From Candidatus Omnitrophota bacterium (lineage in GTDB: Bacteria; Omnitrophota; Gorgyraeia; Gygaellales; Profunditerraquicolaceae): a stretch of DNA of 64,000 bases. Every line of letters starts with the position of its first letter. Position 1 is the stretch's first letter. The stretch covers positions 140,766 to 204,765 of the forward strand of contig JAQURC010000001.1 in NCBI GenBank assembly GCA_028715785.1, written 5' to 3'. Of the stretch, positions 37,726 to 45,332 are shown piece by piece. The notes under the pieces were generated by a model, which saw nothing but the letters and a program-made list of their open reading frames with translations, was not told the DNA's origin and did not search any database. The translations under genes were made by a program, and so were the position numbers.

Positions 37726-38604
37726 GTGGGTTGCGTTGAAACTTTTTCAGCAAACGATATTAAGCAGGGATTATTAGGTCATTTATCTATTAAACTAACT
37801 GATTCCGGCTTATCTTTTCTCCCTAGTATTTTACCGTCTCAAAATCGTGGGAAATACAGTGGCCGTAATAAAAATGGTTATGAGATAAAAAGGCGGGATC
37901 TACCCATGGAATCTTATACCCATAGTGTTGAGGCGCCTAATTATGGAGACAGAGGAAGGGGAACTCACGATGTAAGTTGGACTAAGGAGAGATATCAAAA
38001 GGAATTTCACGCACCCGAATCTCTAAAGATTAGAATTGAATCTCCTAATAATGCTCTGGGACAGGATAAATATGTGATTAAGTTTGAGGTAGAAGAAGTC
38101 ATGGGTAAGAAATCTCGTGATTTTAAGGAGCGGCTACTGAAAAACTTAAATATTTTACAGGAAAACATTGGCTCATGCGATGTTCTGCCTGCGGGAAGGA
38201 GTCTCGAGGAATATTTAGAAACATTGCGTGTTTCGTGGGAAATATTGCCTTCAGGAACACGCGAAGAGACGTTGGCAAGGCTAAGCAAGGGGCGGATTCT
38301 TTCAGAACAAGAGCGGAAAGATATGGAAGATCGATTTGATTTTTTTCAGACTTTAAAACCATCAAAGTTTGTTTATGGTATGAGTGGATCAGAAAGGTAT
38401 CTTGGTGCTTTATTACGCGATGATCTTGTTGTTTTTGAAAATATGGAATATGGGAATGCTATCTATGTGATGTTTGAAGATTGGCAGACTTTGAGCCAAA
38501 AAAGCCGAGTTGAATTACTCTCAGGAAGGTATGGAAAGAATTTTGAGCGAATTGTGCATAGAAAAGGATGGAAGGACAATGTAAAAAAAACAATAAAGAC
38601 ATAG
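37726..38604 (+). CDS. Hypothetical protein downstream of the E1 gene (no recognisable motif)
   Basis: 292-aa ORF with a GTG start. Could be an accessory or effector component. Confidence 0.4.
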   Translation: MGCVETFSANDIKQGLLGHLSIKLTDSGLSFLPSILPSQNRGKYSGRNKNGYEIKRRDLPMESYTHSVEAPNYGDRGRGTHDVSWTKERYQKEFHAPESLKIRIESPNNALGQDKYVIKFEVEEVMGKKSRDFKERLLKNLNILQENIGSCDVLPAGRSLEEYLETLRVSWEILPSGTREETLARLSKGRILSEQERKDMEDRFDFFQTLKPSKFVYGMSGSERYLGALLRDDLVVFENMEYGNAIYVMFEDWQTLSQKSRVELLSGRYGKNFERIVHRKGWKDNVKKTIKT

Positions 38605-38816
38605 AGCTATCATAGAAAGGGGTTAAGATGTCGATAATTATTTCAGTTAGAACTCCCTAATGGGGTTAGGTTTAGTATTAATGGGATAGAAGATTGGTTG
38701 AAAAGCAGGAAAGTTAGGGAAGATGTAGTTATAAATTTAATCAAAACACTTTTATTCCTTAAAGATTGAGGTATAATAAATTAAAGTTCATTCCTTTTTA
38801 ATGAAAGGAGTTCAGA

Positions 38817-38993
38817 ATGGCAACTCTAACGTTAGGTAAAAGACAGCGACCTTTAGTAAAAACTTTTCATGAAGCTAAGAAAGACATAGTTGTAAGAAGC
38901 TATGTTCCGGCAGGTATACAGAGGTTATCTTCGACTTCTGTTAGTACTGGTAAACTAGTTATTGTCATGAAAAAAATAAGTAGACATCGGTAA
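38817..38993 (+). CDS. Possible small ORF (58 aa)
   Basis: ATG preceded by AAAGGAG. Below the ORF-track length cutoff. No homology call possible. Confidence 0.2.
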   Translation: MATLTLGKRQRPLVKTFHEAKKDIVVRSYVPAGIQRLSSTSVSTGKLVIVMKKISRHR

Positions 38994-39013
38994 GAGTATA
39001 ATTACTCTCTTGT

Positions 39014-40471
39014 ATGAAATATACTAATAATGATGAAAAAAGATATTTTCCGAAAGAAAAGAATGAAAATAAAGACTATAGAACAGAATGGAGAAGAGAT
39101 TTTGCTCGAATAATCCATTCTTCCTCATTCCGAAGACTGCAAGGAAAAACTCAATTATTTCCTGGTAACGAAAGTGATTTTTTCAGAAACCGCCTCACCC
39201 ATTCATTAGAAGTAGCTCAAATCGCAAAATCTATAACATTAAAACTAAATAACGACCTAAGGAAGTCGAGAAAAAAATATTTCATTGAACCCGATATCGT
39301 TGAAATTGCTGGTCTTGCCCATGACATTGGACATCCTCCTTTTGGTCATTTCGGTGAAGAAGTGTTAGATAGGGGCATGGTGGATTACGGAGGATTCGAA
39401 GGCAATGCTCAAGCTCTCAGGTTATTAGCTACTGTTGAGAAAAAAACTAATCCTTCCTCGACACGTTATGGTATTCTGGATAATGGAAGAGATACTCGTG
39501 TTGGTTTAAATCTTACAGCCCGTTGCTTAGCGTCAATTATAAAATATGACCAAGAGATTCCCAGAGAAAGTACACAAAGAAATCATCTACTCGAGACCGG
39601 AATTATAAAGAAAATTTCGCCTATTAAAGGTTACTATCAAGAAGAAAAAGCCAAAGTTGATTTTATTAAAGCTGCTGTTGTTGGAAAAACAAAACTTACA
39701 AAAGGATTGAAAACAATTGAATGCCAAATAATGGATCTTGCAGATGATATTGCCTATTCGACATATGATCTTGAAGATTCATTCAAAGCGGAATTTATAA
39801 AACCCATTGATATTATGTCTGTTAATGACAATATTCTTGATGAAGTTGTGAGAGTAATAAATGAGCGTTTAAATATAAATTTGAATAAAGGTAATATTCA
39901 AGAAGTAATCTATGAAATATTTAAAGATATATTTGAGGTTCCTTACGCAATAAAAGGTATTTTGAAAAATCCGTCTAAAAAATTTCTTCAGAATCTACAT
40001 AACTATGGATTGAGAGATGCAAATGTGTCCTCAAATAGGTTTGCTCAAGACGGATATTATAGGACAGATCTTACATCTGGTCTCGTGAATAGTTTTATTC
40101 AAAGTATAGAAATTAATCATATTGATAAAGAAACCCCAGCCCTGTCAACTATAAAAATCAATCCGAAACACCTGTTGGAAATTGAAATCTTAAAAGTATT
40201 AACTTATGAATGTCAAATTCAATCTCATAAACTCAAGATTGTTGCGTATAGGTGCAAGGATATTATTGAGTTTATCTTTAATACATTGATGGCAGAGAAA
40301 GGATTTCAATTACTTCCTTCAGATTTTAAATCAATTTATGAAAAGATTGATTCAAATAAAAGACCTCGCATCATATGTGATTTTATAGCAGGGATGACCG
40401 ATAGATACGTGCTTGAATTTTATGGAAGGTTAACTTCTGAAAATCCTCAGACTATTTTTAAACCTTGTTGA
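39014..40471 (+). CDS. dGTPase-family HD-domain triphosphohydrolase
   Basis: FRRLQGKTQLFP....RLTHSLEVAQIAKS....AHDIGHPPFGH matches the dGTP triphosphohydrolase HD motif order. Confidence 0.8.
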   Translation: MKYTNNDEKRYFPKEKNENKDYRTEWRRDFARIIHSSSFRRLQGKTQLFPGNESDFFRNRLTHSLEVAQIAKSITLKLNNDLRKSRKKYFIEPDIVEIAGLAHDIGHPPFGHFGEEVLDRGMVDYGGFEGNAQALRLLATVEKKTNPSSTRYGILDNGRDTRVGLNLTARCLASIIKYDQEIPRESTQRNHLLETGIIKKISPIKGYYQEEKAKVDFIKAAVVGKTKLTKGLKTIECQIMDLADDIAYSTYDLEDSFKAEFIKPIDIMSVNDNILDEVVRVINERLNINLNKGNIQEVIYEIFKDIFEVPYAIKGILKNPSKKFLQNLHNYGLRDANVSSNRFAQDGYYRTDLTSGLVNSFIQSIEINHIDKETPALSTIKINPKHLLEIEILKVLTYECQIQSHKLKIVAYRCKDIIEFIFNTLMAEKGFQLLPSDFKSIYEKIDSNKRPRIICDFIAGMTDRYVLEFYGRLTSENPQTIFKPC

Positions 40472-40474
40472 GCT

Positions 40475-40542
40475 TGTGCCCAGAATGTGTTCATTCGAGT
40501 GAAAACAATCTGAAGAAACTGTACGATTTCTGTATACCAAAT
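40475..40542 (+). repeat. Conserved ~68-bp block, copy 1
   Basis: GTGCCCAGAATGTG...AAACAATCTGAAGAAACTGTACGATTTCTGTATACCAAAT. Nearly identical to 43060-43126. Confidence 0.6.
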
Positions 40543-40588
40543 CGGTTGTATTAACGTAACTTGTTGATTATAATTACCTTGTGAGTGT

Positions 40589-40613
40589 CAGGGTTTATTT
40601 CCCTGCCTCTCCG
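40589..40613 (+). repeat. attR-like repeat: 25-nt imperfect copy of the tRNA-Ser(GGA) T-arm/acceptor 3' end
   Basis: CAGGGTTTATTTCCCTGCCTCTCCG versus the tRNA's CAGGGTTCGAATCCCTGCCTCTCCG. Confidence 0.65.
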
Positions 40614-40753
40614 CCAATTAAGAAATGGGGCGTCTTTGAAGAAGGGACGGAAGCGAGCTTCCGTCGAAAAATTGAGGCGGCGCTTTTTTAAAATATTCTT
40701 ACACTACATTTCTTATTTTATGATATAATGTAGTGTAAAAGGAGAAAGTAGGA

Positions 40754-41059
40754 ATGAAGGTGTTACAGGGCATACTATCAGAGAGTAAAGAATACTATTT
40801 AGACATTAAGAAAAAAATAGAAAAGAGGCTAGTTAACCTTCCTATTGGGAGCATTAAGGAAAGAGAGATATCCGGGAAGAGATATTATTATTTGCAGTTT
40901 CGTAAAGATAAAAAAGTTATTCAGAAGTATCTGGGAAAAAATAAGCCGGAAGAAATCATTAGGCAGATAAGAGAGCGTAATGTTTTAAGGGGGGAGTTAA
41001 AGAAGGTGAACGAGGCTTTGAAGATAGTTAAAAGATCCGAGGGTAAAAAGCGTGGTTGA
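40754..41059 (+). CDS. Small basic protein, upstream partner of the nucleotidyltransferase
   Basis: 101 aa. Overlaps the next gene by 8 nt. No firm motif. Confidence 0.35.
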   Translation: MKVLQGILSESKEYYLDIKKKIEKRLVNLPIGSIKEREISGKRYYYLQFRKDKKVIQKYLGKNKPEEIIRQIRERNVLRGELKKVNEALKIVKRSEGKKRG

Positions 41060-41738
41060 ACCGATTAGGAGAATCTTAAAGGTATTTGCCGATAACGGCC
41101 TTTTTGAAGAAGGTGTTGAGCTTATCGGCAGTTGGTGTTTTAAGTTGTACCAGGATTACCTGGGAGTAAGAAAGTTTCCCTTAAGCAGCCTCGATGTTGA
41201 TTTCTTGATTCCCGTTCCTTTCCATGGCAAAAAGCATTTGGGCTTTATAGAACAATTAGAGGATTTAGGGTTTGAGGCGGATTTTAAACGAGACGGTTCA
41301 TTATTTTTATGGAATGCGGATTTAAAAATAGAGTTTATAACAGTTGAGAAAAGCGGAGGGACTGACAAGGCGATAAGAATTAAGAAACTCGGTATCGATG
41401 CTATTCCTCTAAGGCGCGTTGGGTTTCTTTTGGATGGATCGGTAAGCATAACGGATGCAGGCCTAAGAATAAAAGTTCCTTCGCCGGTTCGTTTTTGTCT
41501 TCATAAACTGATTATTGCGCCACTAAGAAAGAAGCCGGATAAGAACTTAAAAGACTTACAACAGGCTATTTATACGTCTACAATCGTAGACAAGAGAGAA
41601 ATGTGGCAAATGTTCCTTTCTTTACCTAAGAAATGGCAGCAAACTGTTTTGAGGTCGATAGATAAGGCTGAAGGAGAGTTACCATTACTTAAGGAAGATA
41701 TAGATAAACTTAGGCTTACACTACAGAATGTGAAATAA
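41052..41738 (+). CDS. Nucleotidyltransferase-fold (pol-beta superfamily) protein
   Basis: GS....SSLDVDF (hG[GS] x(n) DxD) motif. Confidence 0.5.
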   Translation: MVEPIRRILKVFADNGLFEEGVELIGSWCFKLYQDYLGVRKFPLSSLDVDFLIPVPFHGKKHLGFIEQLEDLGFEADFKRDGSLFLWNADLKIEFITVEKSGGTDKAIRIKKLGIDAIPLRRVGFLLDGSVSITDAGLRIKVPSPVRFCLHKLIIAPLRKKPDKNLKDLQQAIYTSTIVDKREMWQMFLSLPKKWQQTVLRSIDKAEGELPLLKEDIDKLRLTLQNVK

Positions 41739-41754
41739 TAGAGGTTGTAGTGTA

Positions 41755-41940
41755 ATAACTGCTCGGTGAGGACGCTGGATGCTGCAGCCGCCCCCCACCC
41801 GGCTGCAGCATCCAGCTGCGCCGCACACGCATTGCATTAGCAAGAAGGCCGCCGGCCCAGGCGGCCGCCAAGTGAGGCTTTGCCCAAGCAAAGCCGAACG
41901 GTGAAACACAAGATACGGGAGCCGCCCAGGCGGCGGGACA
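41755..41940. other. GC-rich, highly palindromic ~190-bp segment (possible structured ncRNA or recombination site)
   Basis: 16-bp perfect hairpin CTGGATGCTGCAGCCG / CGGCTGCAGCATCCAG, plus GGCCGCC/GGCGGCC, GGCTTTGC/GCAAAGCC and GCCGCC/GGCGGC hairpins. Confidence 0.3.
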
Positions 41941-42059
41941 TATTGATAGATAGATTAAGGTGCGTTAAAGATTGTTAGAACATATTGGTAAACGCACCGA
42001 TAATTTTTAGTTGGTTTTAAAGCGTACATATAAATAGTAACACTAATCTGAGGTGAGAA

Positions 42060-42962
42060 ATGAAAAAGATAGCTGTTTTATTATTCATAGCAATATTTGC
42101 TAGTGGGTGCGCTACATTCCCCACACAACAAGTTAAATCAATTTGGCCGCAACCATCTAGTCAGGTTAAGTGGTATTGGTCAAATTGGCAGATGCTCTCT
42201 AGCGCGGATGAAGCAATTGGGGTTTTAAAAAATCTCCAACAAAATTTTGTTGAATATGCCGCTGGGCAGCCTTTTAAAACATTTGATGTGGATAAATATG
42301 GATTACGCGTAAAGTGGGAGTGGACCGAAACATCGCAGACTACTGAATATGTTCCTACCTATGGAGGGTCTTTCTTTGGTTCGACTTATGTGCCTTATTA
42401 TGGCGGGACTAATCAGACACGCACCAATACCAGTCAGTATGCAGGGGCGTTTGTAATTCCTTTTGCTGAAGTTTCCGATATATGGATGGCCCATGTTCCG
42501 GGTTTACCTCGTGAATACAAATGGCAGATTTCAGTTTCTTTGGGAGACAAGCCTATTGTTAATCTGCGTGCTCCTGATGAGCAAACAGTCCGACAACTGG
42601 GTAATGCTATTGCTACCTTAAGCCGCGAACAAGGCCGTATTCTTCCCCGCTGCCTCTTCGGGATGACAGTTTTCTCGCTAACTCCAGAACAGTCAGCAGA
42701 GCTTGTACTTAGCCCGGGGACTGGTGTTTTGGTCGTTAATGTAGATGTAGGTGGCCCGGCAGAGAAGGCGGGCGTGCTTTTTCTAGATGTAATTTTGGAA
42801 GTAGACGGCCAGCCTGTAAAAAATAATGAAGAATTAAATGCCCGGTCTTTAAATAAGAAAAGCGTAAAATTTAAAATTTTACGCCGCCAAAAGATTACCG
42901 ATGAGACAGGAAAGACCAACTTACAAAATATCGAGGTTTTTCTTTCCGTGAATGTTGGATAA
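42060..42962 (+). CDS. Lipoprotein (lipobox LFIAIFASGC) of unknown function
   Basis: Signal peptide + Cys lipobox. C-terminal region has a PDZ-like G-rich segment. Confidence 0.5.
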   Translation: MKKIAVLLFIAIFASGCATFPTQQVKSIWPQPSSQVKWYWSNWQMLSSADEAIGVLKNLQQNFVEYAAGQPFKTFDVDKYGLRVKWEWTETSQTTEYVPTYGGSFFGSTYVPYYGGTNQTRTNTSQYAGAFVIPFAEVSDIWMAHVPGLPREYKWQISVSLGDKPIVNLRAPDEQTVRQLGNAIATLSREQGRILPRCLFGMTVFSLTPEQSAELVLSPGTGVLVVNVDVGGPAEKAGVLFLDVILEVDGQPVKNNEELNARSLNKKSVKFKILRRQKITDETGKTNLQNIEVFLSVNVG

Positions 42963-43059
42963 TAGAAAGATTTGAGGCGGGATTTCGCTAGATAAAAGAT
43001 TAAGGTGTTCAAAAACTCGACTAATTAGGGCTGGGTTTAACCATTCAGTCCTTTTGTTT

Positions 43060-43126
43060 GTGCCCAAAATGTGCCCAAATAAAGGGAAACAATCTGAAAA
43101 AACTGTATGATTTCTGTATACCAAAT
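43060..43126 (+). repeat. Conserved ~67-bp block, copy 2
   Basis: GTGCCCAAAATGTG...AAACAATCTGAAAAAACTGTATGATTTCTGTATACCAAAT. Confidence 0.6.
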
Positions 43127-43173
43127 GAGTTTTGCAGCTATAACCTCTTGCTATAATAGCGTTTGGAAAAGGC

Positions 43174-43198
43174 GGGTTTAGTTCTCCCTGCCTCTCCG
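43174..43198 (+). repeat. attR-like repeat: imperfect copy of the tRNA-Ser(GGA) 3' end
   Basis: GGGTTTAGTTCTCCCTGCCTCTCCG. Confidence 0.65.
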
Positions 43199-43241
43199 AA
43201 ATATACCGAAAAAATAAAATTATAGAAAAGGCGGATGGAGG

Positions 43242-44918
43242 ATGGTGAAGACAAATATAGCCGTAGTGACTACCGGGGCGGTGTCGCTGGGCAGTTATGA
43301 GGCAGGGGTCTTATATGAACTATTTCATATCCTGCGTTTGCCCGCTAATGCGGGTAAGTATGAAGTTGATGTATTGACCGGCGCTTCCGCCGGCTCGGTC
43401 AACAGCATAATCTATGCCTTGGCCGCAGTGTATGATCCTGCGTTGATTGATTTCATGCGCAAGATTTGGGTAGATAAACTGGATATCCTGCAGCTTATGC
43501 GCGGAAAAAGTTTTTCAAAGAGTTCCATTTTTTCCGACAAGGCCATTAAAAAAATAAGAAAAGAACTGACAGAAAAGATTCCTGATGCCGGGCCGATAGG
43601 CGCCGCTTCCTCCGGCAAGGTAAAGGTGGGTTTGACTTTGACAAACCTTTCGGGTATCCCATATGCGGTCAATTTTACGAATATTGAAAAAGAGTATAAA
43701 CTTACTACCTTTGCCGACTGGTATTCCTGTGAGGTGCCCGGTGATATCAAAGATGCGGAAGATGTGGGTAAATTGATTGATGTGGCCACTGCTTCCGGGG
43801 CGTTTCCTTTTGCTTTTCCCGCCGTAAATTTGAAACGCCGGGCAAAAGATTACGCCAATACCGCCTTGCCTTCGGGGCAAGACACGTTTGATTTTATCTA
43901 CGTAGATGGAGGCCTCTTTAATAACGAACCGATTAATCGGGCCAGGGAGTTGGTGAAAGACCTTGATGGGCAATATGCCAAACAATCGCAGGAGGCAAAA
44001 GCGCCCCAACGCATCTATCTTTTGGTTGACCCGACTCCGCCTGAAGAATGCGCGCCGTTTAATAATAAAAAACCAAGTATAGCCGAGGTCGCCGGAAGGC
44101 TTATCCCGGCAATATTGACTGAAGCGCATTATCGCGATTGGAACGATGCCATCAAAATAAACCAGCGGCTAAAATGGCAGATTGATTTTCTAAAAGATCT
44201 CAAAGAACAGTTTATTCGCCCAGCCGTGTATTCCGTCGAGGTTTTAAATACGCTCGGCAGCATCTTTGCCGTTTATGCCACGAGATTAGCCAAGGAAAAA
44301 TTAGAATTGACGCACAAAGAGACAAGGGGTGAAAAAATACGCGTGAATGAAGATACGATCAAGAAATACAAAAATGATAATCTGGATCGTGTAAGGGCCT
44401 ATCTACGCAGTGAGAAAATATTGGAGGGAGGAGAGGAAAACGAACTAAAAGAAGGAGAAAACGATGCTCCTTTAGATAAAACGCTGATCAATTTGGCATT
44501 TATTATGGAATGCGTCGGAGCTCTGCGCGCCAAAGTTGAATTGGATATCCGGCCGGTATTTCCTGCCTCAAAAAAGCCTCTTGCCGGAAAATTCTTGGGA
44601 AATTTCGGAGGGTTTATGTGGCAAAGACTGCGCGAACACGATTTTGAGGCAGGGCGCGCCGCGGCAAGGAATTTCGCGGCTTCTCCTGTAAGCGAAGGCG
44701 GATTGGGGTTAAGTGTTAAAGATATGCCGCCATTAGGAAGTATAAAAAAATTTACAGGGATATGTAAAGACGTGCCGTTGCCGCGCTGGATAAGAATTAC
44801 GATAGCGGCAATTTTCAGGCTGATAGTAGCCATAGTCAGGGCAATGGTCAGCCGGCGGATGCTGCTTATCTATCTTTGTGCCGGTATTATTATTGTTTTA
44901 TTTTTGATTATGAAATAG
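43242..44918 (+). CDS. Patatin-like phospholipase with C-terminal transmembrane anchor
   Basis: Oxyanion/glycine-rich start (VVTTGAVSLGSYEAG), GxSxG nucleophile motif GASAGSVN, DGG (YVDGGLFNN) Asp. C-terminal hydrophobic helix. Confidence 0.75.
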   Translation: MVKTNIAVVTTGAVSLGSYEAGVLYELFHILRLPANAGKYEVDVLTGASAGSVNSIIYALAAVYDPALIDFMRKIWVDKLDILQLMRGKSFSKSSIFSDKAIKKIRKELTEKIPDAGPIGAASSGKVKVGLTLTNLSGIPYAVNFTNIEKEYKLTTFADWYSCEVPGDIKDAEDVGKLIDVATASGAFPFAFPAVNLKRRAKDYANTALPSGQDTFDFIYVDGGLFNNEPINRARELVKDLDGQYAKQSQEAKAPQRIYLLVDPTPPEECAPFNNKKPSIAEVAGRLIPAILTEAHYRDWNDAIKINQRLKWQIDFLKDLKEQFIRPAVYSVEVLNTLGSIFAVYATRLAKEKLELTHKETRGEKIRVNEDTIKKYKNDNLDRVRAYLRSEKILEGGEENELKEGENDAPLDKTLINLAFIMECVGALRAKVELDIRPVFPASKKPLAGKFLGNFGGFMWQRLREHDFEAGRAAARNFAASPVSEGGLGLSVKDMPPLGSIKKFTGICKDVPLPRWIRITIAAIFRLIVAIVRAMVSRRMLLIYLCAGIIIVLFLIMK

Positions 44919-44953
44919 CGTAAAATAAGTGAAGGCGTTTGTATTTATGCCGG

Positions 44954-45322
44954 TTAGTTTTGTTTTTGTTCCGGAATATATTTTTTTATTATTCTATGCA
45001 TTTCGTCTAGATCTATAGGTTTAATAAGGTAATCGCTTGCCCCCAGCGCCCGCGCTTCGTTTTGGTTTGAGCTGTCCTCTCCTGCGCTAATCATTATAGC
45101 TTTTATGCTGATGTTTATTTCTTTCATTTTCCTCAAGAGGTCAAGCCCGTCTATATCCGGCATTTTAATATCCAGAAAAACCCATTCAGGCTTGTGGCGG
45201 TTAAATAACTCGAGCGCTTCCTGGCCGCAAGTTGCCTTTTCTACGTTTAGGCCAAGGCGTTTAAGGAAAATACTAAACAAATTAACAACTTCGATTTCAT
45301 CATCAACGACAAGGACATTCAT
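44954..45322 (-). CDS. Single-domain response regulator (CheY-like receiver)
   Basis: MNVLVVDDE..., phospho-acceptor D in FLDIKMPDIDG, conserved K. 122 aa. Confidence 0.8.
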   Translation of the reverse strand: MNVLVVDDEIEVVNLFSIFLKRLGLNVEKATCGQEALELFNRHKPEWVFLDIKMPDIDGLDLLRKMKEINISIKAIMISAGEDSSNQNEARALGASDYLIKPIDLDEMHRIIKKYIPEQKQN

Positions 45323-45332
45323 AGCTGCCTCC

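Noticed and set aside
41721-41909. 62-aa minus-strand ORF over the GC-rich segment
   Set aside because: It arises from GC-rich palindromic DNA, with Cys/Gly/Ala-rich nonsense. More likely structured non-coding sequence.
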